A stretch of DNA of 64,000 nucleotides from an uncultured Gammaproteobacteria bacterium (GCA_963764725.1 CAVXTM010000012.1:160001-224000); one strand, 5' to 3'; numbered from the stretch's first letter, positions 52,810 through 63,131 are shown. Numbers and translations: made by a program. The notes: generated from the letters alone by a model not told the origin.

Positions 52810-53586
52810 TCAGGAAGAATTCCGCATCGGCTTCGGCGCAATCTTTTTAACACGAGCGAGACCGAGCGCGCAGAGAGCTCGTATATGCATCCAGCCTAGA
52901 TCGAGCTCCCACCATTTCGATGAAAACTTCGCGGAGCTCGGAAACGCGTGGTGGTTATTATGCAACTCCTCGCCCCCGATCAAGATCCCCCAGGGCATAA
53001 AATTGGTGGAGGCGTCGGCAAGCTCGTAATTCCTATATCCCCAATAATGGCCGAGCCCGTTGACCACACCCGCGGCGAAGAAGGGGATCCAAGCCATTTG
53101 GATCGCCCAGATGGAGAGCCCAAGTGGGCCGAATAAGATGAGGTCGATCACGAGCATGACGGGGGTACCGTACTCGAAACGCGTGCTATAAATATTCCGT
53201 TCCAACCAATCGTCGGGTGTGCCATGCCCGTATTTCTCCGCGATCGCAGGATCCCTGGCTTCGGCCCGATAAAGCTCGGCTCCCTCTAAAAGCACCTTCC
53301 TGATGCCGAATACCACTGGGCTGTGCGGATCCTCGGCCGTTTCGACCCGCGCATGATGTTTGCGATGGACCGCGACCCACTGTCTTGTAACCATCGCTGT
53401 CGTTAGCCACAACCAAAAACGAAAGAAATGGGAGACGATAGGATGCAAATCGATGGCTCTGTGAGCCTGATGGCGATGTAGGTAAATGGTGACGGCGGCG
53501 ATGGTGATATGTGTGAGGAGAAGCGTATAAGCAATGTAACCCCACCAAGGCAGGTCCCAAATGCCACCCATCATAGAATTTCCCAA
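52810..53586 (-). CDS. fatty acid (acyl-CoA, delta-9-like) desaturase
   Basis: His boxes HRHQAH, HRKHH and HNNHH. Confidence 0.9.
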   Translation of the reverse strand: MGNSMMGGIWDLPWWGYIAYTLLLTHITIAAVTIYLHRHQAHRAIDLHPIVSHFFRFWLWLTTAMVTRQWVAVHRKHHARVETAEDPHSPVVFGIRKVLLEGAELYRAEARDPAIAEKYGHGTPDDWLERNIYSTRFEYGTPVMLVIDLILFGPLGLSIWAIQMAWIPFFAAGVVNGLGHYWGYRNYELADASTNFMPWGILIGGEELHNNHHAFPSSAKFSSKWWELDLGWMHIRALCALGLARVKKIAPKPMRNSS

Positions 53587-53611
53587 ATCCTTGTAGCGTT
53601 CCGCTTAATTG

Positions 53612-54556
53612 CTACCAGGCAATCCCGACGGCATCGCCCCGTGCTTGCCTGTCGGCGTGGTAAGACGAACGCACCATCGGCCCGCTCGCGACCCGGCTAA
53701 ATCCGAGCGCTTTAGCATGATCGCCGAGCGCGCGAAACTCCTCCGGCGTGACGAACCGCTCGACGGGCAAGTGATAGCGGCTCGGTTGCAGGTATTGACC
53801 GAGCGTCAGCATGTCGCACGCATGCGCGCGCAAGTCTTGCAGGGTCTGCTTCACTTCGTCCAGTGTTTCTCCCAAGCCTAGCATTAGGCCGGATTTCGTC
53901 GGGATCAAGGGGTGTGCCTGCTTGAAGCGCTGGAGGAGATGCAGCGAGCCCGCATAGTCGGCGCCGGGGCGAACCTTGCGGTACAAGCGCGGAACGGTCT
54001 CAAGATTATGATTGAAGACATCTGGGAGCGCCGCATAAAGCCGCTCCAATGCCAGGTCCATGCGCCTGCGGAAATCGGGCACCAAGATTTCTATGGTGAT
54101 CCCGGGAAGGCGTTGGCGCAGCGCCGCGATGCACGCGGCGAAATGGCCGGCGCCGCGATCTTCCAAATCGTCGCGATCGACCGAGGTGATGACCACATAG
54201 GAAAGCCCCATAACCGCCACCGCCTCCGCCAGGCGTTGCGGCTCGAGGGGATCGACCGCGTCCGGCCGCCCGTGGGCGACATCGCAAAACGGACAGCGCC
54301 GGGTACAGATGTCTCCGAGGATCATGAAGGTGGCGGTTCCGTGCGCGAAACACTCGCCGAGATTCGGGCAGGCGGCTTCTTCGCACACGGTGTGGAGACG
54401 CCGTTCCCTGAGCAGTTCCTTCAACCGCAAAACCGAGGGCGCCACCGGGAACCGGGCGCGGATCCAAGGCGGCTTGCGAGCCAAGGGCGGGCTTGTTGTA
54501 GCAGGCGCGATCTTACGCCGGCCGGTGAGTGATGGGTGGGTCTCGTCGAGTGACAT
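53612..54556 (-). CDS. lipA: lipoyl synthase
   Basis: [20 protein letters not shown] and RSSYHA. Confidence 0.97.
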   Translation of the reverse strand: MSLDETHPSLTGRRKIAPATTSPPLARKPPWIRARFPVAPSVLRLKELLRERRLHTVCEEAACPNLGECFAHGTATFMILGDICTRRCPFCDVAHGRPDAVDPLEPQRLAEAVAVMGLSYVVITSVDRDDLEDRGAGHFAACIAALRQRLPGITIEILVPDFRRRMDLALERLYAALPDVFNHNLETVPRLYRKVRPGADYAGSLHLLQRFKQAHPLIPTKSGLMLGLGETLDEVKQTLQDLRAHACDMLTLGQYLQPSRYHLPVERFVTPEEFRALGDHAKALGFSRVASGPMVRSSYHADRQARGDAVGIAW

Positions 54557-54590
54557 CGATTAACGGGCCTCGCGTCCCGGTGAACGCATT

Positions 54591-54714
54591 AAATTTATTC
54601 CCCGCGGTCTGTCGCGGGATCCTTAGCCATGGGGTTTCCAAAGGGAAGAAGCGCAGCTCTCCTCTTTGGTCGCCCTACGGGGATCATACCCCGTAGGGCG
54701 AAATCAAATTGATC
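54591..54714. repeat. three-hairpin dispersed repeat, copy C (overlaps the lipB 3' end)
   Basis: CCCGCGG-TCTG-TCGCGGG / TAGCCATGGGGTTTCCAAAGGG..CTCTTTGG / TCGCCCTACGGGG-ATCATA-CCCCGTAGGGCGA / AATCAAATTGATC. Confidence 0.9.
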
Positions 54715-55323
54715 GTCATAACCGAGATTATCGAGGAGGCTCGCAACCAGGGGTTTCTTGACCACGCTCATGCTTTCCGCGACGCCCTGGTCGTAAAGCT
54801 GGGTCACTGGCAACCCTGCGTAACCGCAGGGGTTAATTCTACGAAACGGGCTGAGGTCCATGTTCACGTTGAGCGCGAGCCCATGGAACGTACAACCCCG
54901 CCGCACCCGCAAACCCACCGCCGCCACCTTCGCGCCGTCGAGGTAGACCCCAGGCGCACCGGAACGTCTCCGCGCGAGGATCCGCCAAGTCTCGCACAGG
55001 TCGATCACCGCTTGCTCCAGCGCGTTGACGAAGCGCTTGACTCCCCAACCCATGCGCCGCAAATCGGCAAGCACATAAACGACCAATTGCCCAGGCCCAT
55101 GGTGGGTCACCTGGCCGCCGCGATCACAACGGACCACGGGGATTGCGCCCGGATCCAGAAGATGCTCCTCTTTGCCGCCTAATCCGAGCGTGAACACCGG
55201 CGAATGTTCAAGCAGCCAGATCTCATCCACCGTCGCCTCGGTGCGCCGGTCCGTGAATCGGCGCATCGCCTCCCATGTGGCGGTGTATTCCGTTAATCCG
55301 AGATCCCGGATGAGAGGCCGCAT
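54595..55323 (-). CDS. lipB: lipoyl(octanoyl) transferase with repeat-derived C-terminal tail
   Basis: EHSPVFTLG, DRGGQVTHHGPGQ, KVAAVG, HGLALN and INPCG. Start ATG 55323. Confidence 0.92.
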   Translation of the reverse strand: MRPLIRDLGLTEYTATWEAMRRFTDRRTEATVDEIWLLEHSPVFTLGLGGKEEHLLDPGAIPVVRCDRGGQVTHHGPGQLVVYVLADLRRMGWGVKRFVNALEQAVIDLCETWRILARRRSGAPGVYLDGAKVAAVGLRVRRGCTFHGLALNVNMDLSPFRRINPCGYAGLPVTQLYDQGVAESMSVVKKPLVASLLDNLGYDDQFDFALRGMIPVGRPKRRAALLPFGNPMAKDPATDRGE

Positions 55324-55325
55324 CG

Positions 55326-55607
55326 CTACAGCACCAGAACCACGCGCCTGTGACGGCTCAACTCGTGGTAGATGGCGTCGAGCTGGGCCTGGCTCTCGGC
55401 CTCGACCGTTACGGTCACGGCCAGATAGCGACCGCCGCGGCTCCGGCGCGTCGTTACCGCCGTTTCGCTGAGACTGCGCACGTGCTTGCGCACGATCCCG
55501 ACGACCAGCACGTCGAAGTCCTCCGCCGCATGTCCCATGGCCTTGATCGGGAACGAACACGGGAAAACGAACGGGGATTCGCGCTGCGGATACATGGTTT
55601 CGGCCAT
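55326..55607 (-). CDS. ybeD: DUF493/YbeD family protein
   Basis: FPCSFPIKAMG...SRGGRYLAVTV...QLDAIY. Canonical position upstream of lipB. Confidence 0.88.
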   Translation of the reverse strand: MAETMYPQRESPFVFPCSFPIKAMGHAAEDFDVLVVGIVRKHVRSLSETAVTTRRSRGGRYLAVTVTVEAESQAQLDAIYHELSRHRRVVLVL

Positions 55608-55630
55608 AGTGATGACTCGCGGAAAGAATG

Positions 55631-56314
55631 TTACTTGATCGTTCTGAACGTGAGATTAATCCTCGGGCCGCAAGGCACGTTCGATTTGGGCACGCGGTGG
55701 CGCCAGTGGTGTTGCGTCGACCCGGACATGAGGAGGAGGCTGCCGTCGGTCAGATCGATAACCGAACGGTAGGTCTTGCAGCGCTTGTGCTGTAGCTGGA
55801 AGGTCCGGGTGGCCCCGAAGCTCACCGAGCCAATGACCGGGCCTAAACTCGGCTCGTCGTCGCTATGCCAGCCCATGGAATCCGCCTCATTGCGATAGAG
55901 GTTCAGCAACACGCTATTGAAGATCGTCCCCGCGGCCTGCCCTACCCGCTCCCGAATGCTCAAGAGCGCCGGGAACCAGCCCCCCGCGATCAAGCTTAGG
56001 CCCGAGTACCCGTAGGTCACGCCCGCATCACCGTACCAGGCCGTCAGGCGTGGTGAGTTAAGCGTGCGGCCGAAGAGCGTGATGCGATCCTGCCGCCAGT
56101 CCACGCCGTCCGATAAGCTCTGAGAATAGCCCGCGCTCTCCGAGCCGGTAAACAATTCGCGCCACAGCAGCAGCTCCGAATCGGGCAGCGTGATCCGCTC
56201 CGGCGCCTTGATCGGCGGTCGAAGCTCGCTTGCTGGCGCATACCGGCCGCCCGGCCTCATCATTTCGTCAATTTGAGCGCCTACATCGAAACTCATGGAG
56301 CCGGCAACCTCCAT
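55631..56314 (-). CDS. AlkB-family 2OG-Fe(II) dioxygenase
   Basis: PRLTAWYG, FNSVLLNLYR, WHSDDE, HRVPK and RINLTFR. Start uncertain. Confidence 0.88.
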   Translation of the reverse strand: MEVAGSMSFDVGAQIDEMMRPGGRYAPASELRPPIKAPERITLPDSELLLWRELFTGSESAGYSQSLSDGVDWRQDRITLFGRTLNSPRLTAWYGDAGVTYGYSGLSLIAGGWFPALLSIRERVGQAAGTIFNSVLLNLYRNEADSMGWHSDDEPSLGPVIGSVSFGATRTFQLQHKRCKTYRSVIDLTDGSLLLMSGSTQHHWRHRVPKSNVPCGPRINLTFRTIK

Positions 56315-56476
56315 CAGGGAGCTTTGTTTCCCCCGTCATCGTAGTCGGGTGACCTATTTGACCGCAGCCGGCCGGATAAAGAAAGCGGTGCTAACCAAGA
56401 TCACTGCTTCGCTTGACACGGTATTGCTGCTTGAATAAAGAATAATAACGGATGGAAATCGCGAGGCGCTCATTCG

Positions 56477-57760
56477 TTGCCTGATGTCCCGATCGGCGCA
56501 TTGTTTGCCGGTCTGATCGTTCTCATTCTATTGTCGGCCTTTTTCTCGGGGTCCGAGACCGCGTTGATGACCGTCAACCGCTATCGGTTACGGCACCTCG
56601 CGGATCAACACCATCGCGGCGCCGCGCGCGTCAGCGCGCTTCTGGAGCGGCCCGACCGCTTGATCGGGCTCATCCTGCTCGGTAACAATTTCGTCAATAA
56701 CCTCGCCTCATCCCTGGCGACGGTCATCGCGCTCAGCCTCATGGGGCGAGCGGGGATCGCGCTCGCCGCGGCCCTCCTGACCCTGGTCATGCTGATCTTC
56801 TCTGAGGTCGCTCCGAAGACCCTAGCGGTCTTGTACCCGGAAAAGGTGGCCTTCCCGGCCAGTACGATCCTGGCACCGCTTCTGCGGCTGTTGTACCCGG
56901 TCGTCTGGATCGTGAACCTGTTCGCCAACGGGCTGTTGCGGCTCATGGGAGTCCGGCTTGACGAGGGCACGGCCATGCCGCTGAGCCGTGAGGAACTGCG
57001 CACCGTCGTTGTGGAAGCGGGCGCCTTGATCCCGAAACGCCATCAACAGATGTTGGTCGGGATCCTCGATCTCGAGAAGATCTCGGTGCAAGATGTCATG
57101 GTGCCGCGCAACGAGATCGTGGCGATTGACTTGGAGGAGGACGCCGCGATCGTGACCGAGCATCTCAGGAACTGCCGGCACACTCGCACGCCGGTTTACC
57201 GTGGAACCATCGACAACGTGCTGGGATTAGTCCACGCGCGCCAGATCCCGCGCATCATCGGCCCTGACCAGAGCGCCGATAAGGAGGTCTTGGAGAAGCT
57301 CCTGTTACCGGCGTACTACGTCCCGTTCGGCACACCGCTCCATACGCAGCTTGCGAATTTCCAGCGCCAGCGGCAACGGCTCGGGGTCATCGTCGATGAG
57401 TACGGTGATGTCCAGGGTCTGCTGACGCTCGAGGATATTCTGGAAGAGATCGTCGGAAAATTTACCACCGATCCACAACAGTTAGGACGCGGGGTATTAG
57501 CCGATGTGGCGGGCGGCTATCTCATCGAGGGTGGGGCCAATGTCCGCGAGCTCAACCGCAAGCTGCGCTGGCGCTTGCCGACTACCGGACCAAAAACGCT
57601 CAACGGCTTGATTCTAGAGGCATTGGAAAGCATCCCTGAAGCGGGGACGGCCTTACGGATCGGGGGCTATACGATTGAAATCATGCAAACCAACGATCAT
57701 TCGGTCAAGACGGCGCGCGTGACGCCACCCGCGGGGAGCCGATTAGCTGACGCGAAATAA
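56477..57760 (+). CDS. HlyC/CorC (CNNM) family transporter
   Basis: SAFFSGSETA, LLGNNFVN, EVAPK, CBS pair and VDEYG..GL.TLEDILEEIVG. Confidence 0.9.
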   Translation: MPDVPIGALFAGLIVLILLSAFFSGSETALMTVNRYRLRHLADQHHRGAARVSALLERPDRLIGLILLGNNFVNNLASSLATVIALSLMGRAGIALAAALLTLVMLIFSEVAPKTLAVLYPEKVAFPASTILAPLLRLLYPVVWIVNLFANGLLRLMGVRLDEGTAMPLSREELRTVVVEAGALIPKRHQQMLVGILDLEKISVQDVMVPRNEIVAIDLEEDAAIVTEHLRNCRHTRTPVYRGTIDNVLGLVHARQIPRIIGPDQSADKEVLEKLLLPAYYVPFGTPLHTQLANFQRQRQRLGVIVDEYGDVQGLLTLEDILEEIVGKFTTDPQQLGRGVLADVAGGYLIEGGANVRELNRKLRWRLPTTGPKTLNGLILEALESIPEAGTALRIGGYTIEIMQTNDHSVKTARVTPPAGSRLADAK

Positions 57761-57770
57761 CGGCACACGA

Positions 57771-59135
57771 TTAAATCGACGCTAGGGCCGCTTCCAACCG
57801 CTCGGGCGCGGTGATCTCGAGGCCGACCATTTCGCCCCGCGGGGCATTTGCCTTCGGGACCAGCGCGCGCCGGAAGCCGTGTTTTGCCGCTTCGCGTAGC
57901 CGCTCGCTACCGTTCGGAACCGGCCGCAGCTCGCCGGACAAGCCCACCTCGCCGAAAACCACCATATCCGCCGGAAGCGGACGGCCCCGCAGACTCGACA
58001 GCACCGCCAGGATGACCGCCAGATCGGCGCCGGTCTCGGTGACTCGTATCCCGCCGACCACATTGACGAAAATATCTTGGTCATGGGTCACGATCCCGCC
58101 GTGTCGGTGTAAAACGGCGAGCAGCATAGCGAGGCGGTTGGGGTCTAAACCGACCGCGACCCGGCGCGGATTCGCGAGGAACGACTGATCGACCAGAGCC
58201 TGCACCTCGATCAATAACGGACGGCTCCCCTGGCGGCATACCATCACCACGCTCCCGGCGGCGCCTTGGGCATGCCGTTGCAGAAAGATCGCCGAGGGAT
58301 TGGTCACCGGCCGCAGACCACCCTCGGTCATGGCGAAAATACCCAGCTCGTGGACTGGCCCATAGCGATTCTTGGTCGAGCGCAAGATCCGGAAGCGGCT
58401 GCTGTCATCGCCCTCGAAATAGAGCACCGTATCGACCATGTGCTCGAGCACGCGCGGCCCGGCGATCATGCCTTCCTTGGTCACGTGCCCGACCAGGAAC
58501 ACGGAGGCGCCGGAATTCTTCGCGTAGCGGATGAGTTGGGCAGCGCTTTCGCGCACTTGACCGACGCTTCCCGGCGCCGAGGCCAAGGCTTCCGTAAAAA
58601 CGGTCTGAATCGAGTCGATAATCATGACCCTCGGCGCTTCTTGCGCGGCCACGCCGAGGATCGACTCCAGGCGGGTTTCGGTTAGGAGCTTGATGCGCGC
58701 GGTTTCGATCCCAAGCCGGCGGCTGCGCAGAGCGACTTGCTGAGCCGACTCCTCGCCGCTCACATACAGGCCGGAACACTTGCCCCCGCCAGTCGCCGCG
58801 GCCAGCATCTGCAGCAACAAGGTGGATTTCCCGATGCCCGGGTCACCTCCGATCAATACCACGGCGCCCGCCACGATGCCCCCGCCCAAGACCCGGTCCA
58901 CCTCTCCCACACCGCTTGGGATCCCCGCTTCATTGGCGGAAGAAATCGCCTCGAGCATGCAGGCGCGGGCGGGCTCTGCGGCTCCGGGACGGTTTTCCGC
59001 CGCGCCCGACCGCTCTGAATAGGCTATTTCGACCAGCGTATTCCAGGCGCCGCAATCGCCGCACTGACCCGACCACTTGGGCGCGAGCGCGCCGCAACCG
59101 TGGCATTGATACGCGAATTTAGCCCGCGTGCCCAT
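57771..59135 (-). CDS. radA: DNA repair protein RadA/Sms
   Basis: Zn finger CHGC..CGDC, GDPGIGKST, KNRYG and GEVGLSGE. Confidence 0.95.
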   Translation of the reverse strand: MGTRAKFAYQCHGCGALAPKWSGQCGDCGAWNTLVEIAYSERSGAAENRPGAAEPARACMLEAISSANEAGIPSGVGEVDRVLGGGIVAGAVVLIGGDPGIGKSTLLLQMLAAATGGGKCSGLYVSGEESAQQVALRSRRLGIETARIKLLTETRLESILGVAAQEAPRVMIIDSIQTVFTEALASAPGSVGQVRESAAQLIRYAKNSGASVFLVGHVTKEGMIAGPRVLEHMVDTVLYFEGDDSSRFRILRSTKNRYGPVHELGIFAMTEGGLRPVTNPSAIFLQRHAQGAAGSVVMVCRQGSRPLLIEVQALVDQSFLANPRRVAVGLDPNRLAMLLAVLHRHGGIVTHDQDIFVNVVGGIRVTETGADLAVILAVLSSLRGRPLPADMVVFGEVGLSGELRPVPNGSERLREAAKHGFRRALVPKANAPRGEMVGLEITAPERLEAALASI

Positions 59136-59250
59136 AGGCATCGGCCTTGATGATGGCCATGATCTTTTGCCGCGGCGCCAGAGCGCGTACGCGCTCGAGG
59201 TTGGCCTTGGCGGCCTCTACGTCATAGTCGACGCGGGCGGGACGGCTCAT
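59119..59250 (-). pseudogene. alr: alanine racemase N-terminal stub (43 aa)
   Basis: Hand translation gives MSRPARVDYDVEAAKANLERVRALAPRQKIMAIIKADAYGHAG*, which contains the PLP-Lys motif. Its ATG overlaps the dnaB stop. Confidence 0.85.
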
Positions 59251-60680
59251 CCATAATCCCTCGCCGGCCGCCCGTAGCTCTCTGCGGTAAAGCTCTCGAA
59301 GCGCGTGTATTCCCCCAAGAAGGTCATAGGCACCATGCCGATGGGACCGTTGCGTTGTTTCGCCACGATGATCTCGGCTTTCCCTTTGTCGGCGCTGTTC
59401 TCGTTGTAGACCTCGTCGCGGTAAATGAACACGATGAGATCGGCGTCTTGTTCGATGGCGCCGGATTCGCGCAGATCCGCCATGCGCGGGCGCTTATCCG
59501 GCCGCTGCTCCAAACCGCGATTCAACTGCGACAAAGCGACGACCGGAACACGCAGCTCTTTTGCGAGGGCCTTGAGCGTACGCGATATTTCCGAGATCTC
59601 GGTCGCCCGGTTTTCCTTGATTCCCGGGACCTGCATGAGCTGCAGATAATCGACGATCACAAGGCCGAGCCCATGTTCGCGGGCAATGCGCCGGCACTTG
59701 CCGCAAAGCTCGCCTGGCGACAGGGCCGGCGTGTCGTCGATAAACATCTTGGCTTTGTCCAAGATCGCCACCGTCGAGGTGACGCGGGGCCAATCATCAT
59801 CGCTCAGCTTCCCCGTCCGCACCTTTCTCTGGTCGATGCGCCCGAGCGAGGCGATCATGCGCATCGCCAGTTGCTCGCCCGACATCTCCATGGAAAAAAT
59901 CGCGACCGGCAGGTCATCCTTGATCGCCGCGTGTTCCGCGATGTTGATGGCAAAAGCGGTCTTGCCCATCGATGGCCGCCCGGCGATGATGACTAAATCC
60001 GAGGGCTGGAGTCCCGCCGTAAGCTCATCGAAATCAGTAAAGCCGGTTGCAATGCCCGTGATCGCGCTGCCCTTGCGAAACAACGTGTCGATGCGGTCCA
60101 AGGCATGGGCCAATAGCTCCTGAACCTTCAGGTAGCCGCGGCGGCCGCGCTGTTGGTGGTCGGCGATCTCGAAGACCACGCGTTCCGCGGCATCGAGCAA
60201 CTCCTCGGAGCTGCGTCCTTCGGTATTGAAGGCGCCGTGAGCGATCTCCGTGCCGGCATGGATGAGTTGCCGCAGCACTGCGCGTTCCCGGACAATGTCC
60301 GCATAGGCGGCGATATTGGCGGCGCTGGGCGTATTCTCGACCAGTGCGACAAGATAAGCGAGTCCACCGGCCTTTTCGAGCTCCGCCGCGGTCGCGAGCC
60401 ATTCGGACAGCGTGATCACATCGTAAGGCCTGCTCTCCGCCGCAAGCCGCTCGATCGCGCGGAAGATCAGCCGGTGCTCTAAACGATAAAAGTCATGCTC
60501 GGTGAGGCGCTCGACGACCTGGGTCCAGCTTTCGTTGTCGAGCAACAAACCGCCCAATACGGACTGTTCGGCCTCCACGGAGTGCGGCGGGACCTTAAGA
60601 CCTTCTCGAACAGCGTCCCGGGGATTGGAAGCGCGATACTCCACGCTAGCCGGCCCGCGCTCGTAGACCGGCCGCTCCAA
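59247..60680 (-). CDS. dnaB: replicative DNA helicase
   Basis: PPHSVEAEQSVLG, GRPSMGKT, VDYLQLM, LSQLNR, DLRESGAIEQDAD and KQRNGP. Start uncertain. Confidence 0.96.
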   Translation of the reverse strand: MERPVYERGPASVEYRASNPRDAVREGLKVPPHSVEAEQSVLGGLLLDNESWTQVVERLTEHDFYRLEHRLIFRAIERLAAESRPYDVITLSEWLATAAELEKAGGLAYLVALVENTPSAANIAAYADIVRERAVLRQLIHAGTEIAHGAFNTEGRSSEELLDAAERVVFEIADHQQRGRRGYLKVQELLAHALDRIDTLFRKGSAITGIATGFTDFDELTAGLQPSDLVIIAGRPSMGKTAFAINIAEHAAIKDDLPVAIFSMEMSGEQLAMRMIASLGRIDQRKVRTGKLSDDDWPRVTSTVAILDKAKMFIDDTPALSPGELCGKCRRIAREHGLGLVIVDYLQLMQVPGIKENRATEISEISRTLKALAKELRVPVVALSQLNRGLEQRPDKRPRMADLRESGAIEQDADLIVFIYRDEVYNENSADKGKAEIIVAKQRNGPIGMVPMTFLGEYTRFESFTAESYGRPARDYG

Positions 60681-60751
60681 GGCGTAGCGCTGCAGGGCGA
60701 GGGGCTCGCCGCCACAGTGTGGCTGACATGCGCTTATCCGTGTTTAAGCGC

Positions 60752-61213
60752 TTAGGAGGTTCCTTCATCCTCCGCCGCGATGACGACTTTGATGGCCACA
60801 TCCACGTCCGGGTGCAGATGCACTCGGATTTCGTGCACGCCAATTTCGCGCAGAGGCCCTTGCGGTAGCCTGATCTGTTTCTTTTCCATTGCCACCCCCG
60901 CTGCCGTCACCGCTGTCGCGATGTCCAGCGTACCGACCGACCCAAACAGCTTCCCCTCGGATCCGGCACGGGCTCGAACAGTAACGGACAAGTTTTCCAG
61001 GGCCTTAGCCAGCGACCGCGCCTCCGCTAGCGCGAGCTCCTGGGACTTAATCAACTCGCCGCGGGCGGTTTCAAACCTGGCTAAGCTGGCGGCCGTTGCC
61101 GGCACTGCTTTCCTGCTTGGAATTAGAAAGTTACGTGCATACCCTGGTCTCACCTTCACGCGGTCGCCGAGATCACCGAGCCGGTGCACTCTCTCGATTA
61201 GAATGACTTCCAT
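60752..61213 (-). CDS. rplI: 50S ribosomal protein L9
   Basis: LG.LGD.VKVRPGYARNFLIP and GKLFGSV. Confidence 0.97.
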   Translation of the reverse strand: MEVILIERVHRLGDLGDRVKVRPGYARNFLIPSRKAVPATAASLARFETARGELIKSQELALAEARSLAKALENLSVTVRARAGSEGKLFGSVGTLDIATAVTAAGVAMEKKQIRLPQGPLREIGVHEIRVHLHPDVDVAIKVVIAAEDEGTS

Positions 61214-61362
61214 TACCTCACCTCATTGCTTTCGCTAAACGCTTTTTGATCGCCGGATGCGCCGAGACACCACGCAATACCATGCTCGCCTATCGTGTGA
61301 TATGTCTCTTAGTTCGCTCCGTGGCTCCTGGCGCTCCGGCTGCTCGCGACGATTTATTCGGT

Positions 61363-61478
61363 AATACCCCGCCGCTTGCGGAGGGCACTCTAGCATTGGG
61401 GTTTCCAAAGGGGAGCAGTGCAAGTCTCCTCTTTGGTCCCCTGCGGGGTAAATGCTCCACAGGCGAAATATATTGACT
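61363..61478. repeat. three-hairpin dispersed repeat, copy D
   Basis: AATACCCCGCCG-CTTG-CGGAGGG / TAGCATTGGGGTTTCCAAAGGGGAG..CTCCTCTTTGG / CCTGCGGGGT-AAAT-GCTCCACAGG / CGAAATATATTGACT. Confidence 0.88.
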
Positions 61479-61487
61479 CACAAGATC

Positions 61488-62414
61488 TCAAGCCGCAGCG
61501 CCCCCGCGAAAACTTGGCGGCGGTAGTCCTCTGAAATTGACCGCCCGGTCCAGCAGGCCGCAAGCGGCAAGACCGAACACGGTGTAGTGCGGGGTGATAA
61601 ACAGCACGACATAGAGAATCACGAGCCAAGCTTTGGAATATCCCCGGGCCCGATGCTGGTGGTGCACGACTGCGAGCCCCTGAAAGCAATAAAGCACACA
61701 GGCCACGACCACCAGATCCACGATCATGCCATAGGGACGCGCCCGGCGCACGATTTCGAATACCAAGTAGATTATCATCGCAACAGTCGGAAACGCCAGC
61801 ACCCCGGGCAAGCGCAGCACCTCGAACTCCGTGCGGAAGCCTCCCGGGTTATAGAGCGCCGCCTGCCACCAGCGTGCTAGGAGCAGTGTAACGACGATGC
61901 TGAATTCTATGGCTGCGGCGATAAGCGGATTCATCACCGCGGCAAGCTCCACGAGCATTTCCTCCGGGACGAGAACATCGCGATCGGACTCGGCCTGCCG
62001 AAACACGCGCTTCAGTATATCCTCCCACCAGGCATCGACGTCGCTCAGCGTAACGCGCATCGCAACGACGAAAAGCCCCGCCATCACGCCGACGGCTGAA
62101 AGCATCACGCCCTGCTCGCGCGAGACGCGCAACACCAGGGCACCGAGCCATACCGGCAGCCACAGCGCCACGAGGAGCGAAACCACCGGCAGGAGGTTAC
62201 GAAAACCGCCGAACGCCACCGCGCCGCTCAGAAAGGCGGCGCCGGCAATGACAAACGTTCCCTCGCGCGCACCGTGCCGGAGCGCGACCAGACCGACGGC
62301 AGCGCCGCTCAGGTAGGAAACCGGGGGCATGAGCCAGCTCAAAACACCGCATAGACCCGCGACCCCCGCGGCCTGCAAGCGCCCGCGCATCACATATTCG
62401 GCGAGGACCTTCAC
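61488..62414 (-). CDS. DUF2232-type membrane protein of the rpsR-rplI locus
   Basis: LAEYVMRGRLQA and LARWWQAALYNPGGFRTEF. Conserved position between rpsR and rplI. Confidence 0.8.
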   Translation of the reverse strand: MKVLAEYVMRGRLQAAGVAGLCGVLSWLMPPVSYLSGAAVGLVALRHGAREGTFVIAGAAFLSGAVAFGGFRNLLPVVSLLVALWLPVWLGALVLRVSREQGVMLSAVGVMAGLFVVAMRVTLSDVDAWWEDILKRVFRQAESDRDVLVPEEMLVELAAVMNPLIAAAIEFSIVVTLLLARWWQAALYNPGGFRTEFEVLRLPGVLAFPTVAMIIYLVFEIVRRARPYGMIVDLVVVACVLYCFQGLAVVHHQHRARGYSKAWLVILYVVLFITPHYTVFGLAACGLLDRAVNFRGLPPPSFRGGAAA

Positions 62415-62458
62415 GCCATCACGCCGGACCGAGCAGGCGGCGGCCGGGCGTGGCGCTT

Positions 62459-62683
62459 TTAATGAGAGTCACAATAGGGAAGCAGCGCGAGGAACCTCGC
62501 CCGCTTGATGGCCGTTGCCAGTTGGCGTTGATAACGCGCCTTCGTGCCCGAGATGCGGCTCGGCATGATCTTGCCGGTCTCTGTAAGATAAGCCTTGAGC
62601 GTGTTTAGATCCTTGTAATCGATCTCCTTGACGCCTTCGGCCGTGAACCGGCAAAACCGCTTACGACGAAAAAATCGTGACAT
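62459..62683 (-). CDS. rpsR: 30S ribosomal protein S18
   Basis: [41 protein letters not shown]. Confidence 0.97.
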   Translation of the reverse strand: MSRFFRRKRFCRFTAEGVKEIDYKDLNTLKAYLTETGKIMPSRISGTKARYQRQLATAIKRARFLALLPYCDSH

Positions 62684-62687
62684 ACCT

Positions 62688-63125
62688 TCACCTCATCTGG
62701 ACAACATCTGCTATTTCCTCTCCTGCATTCGAATCCGCGCGATCCGGACTTTCAACCACGCTCGGTTCCGGTGTGGGTCTTGAGCCCTCGACCGGCTCTT
62801 CGTCCTCCGCGCGTCTTGCCAAGAGCGAAGGCTCGGTCACCGCTTCATCCCGGCGCATTACCAGATTGCGGATGACCGCGTCATTGAATCGGAAAGCGTT
62901 GTTCAGCTCGCTTAAGGTCTCCCCGTCGCACTCCACATTCATCAATACGTAATGCGCCTTGTGAACCTTTTCGATGAGGTAAGCTAATTGCCTGCGGCCC
63001 CAATCCTCGAGCCGATGGATAGCGCCACCCCGCGTTTCGATCATTGAACGGTAGCGGTTGATCATAGCGGGGACTTGCTCACTCTGATCGGGGTGAACAA
63101 GAAATACAATCTCGTAGTGTCGCAT
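62688..63125 (-). CDS. rpsF: 30S ribosomal protein S6
   Basis: [18 protein letters not shown]...[10 protein letters not shown]...FRFNDAVIR. Confidence 0.97.
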   Translation of the reverse strand: MRHYEIVFLVHPDQSEQVPAMINRYRSMIETRGGAIHRLEDWGRRQLAYLIEKVHKAHYVLMNVECDGETLSELNNAFRFNDAVIRNLVMRRDEAVTEPSLLARRAEDEEPVEGSRPTPEPSVVESPDRADSNAGEEIADVVQMR

Positions 63126-63131
63126 TAGTCG

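Noticed and set aside
55324-55560. N-terminal extension of LipB (321-aa ORF)
   Set aside because: It overlaps ybeD in another frame. LipB similarity begins at ATG 55323.
56412-56447. sigma70 promoter at TTGACA upstream of the CNNM gene
   Set aside because: The -35 is perfect but there is no convincing -10 at 16-18 bp spacing, so it was not called.
59247-60680. Intein in DnaB
   Set aside because: The length is normal and the helicase motifs are contiguous.
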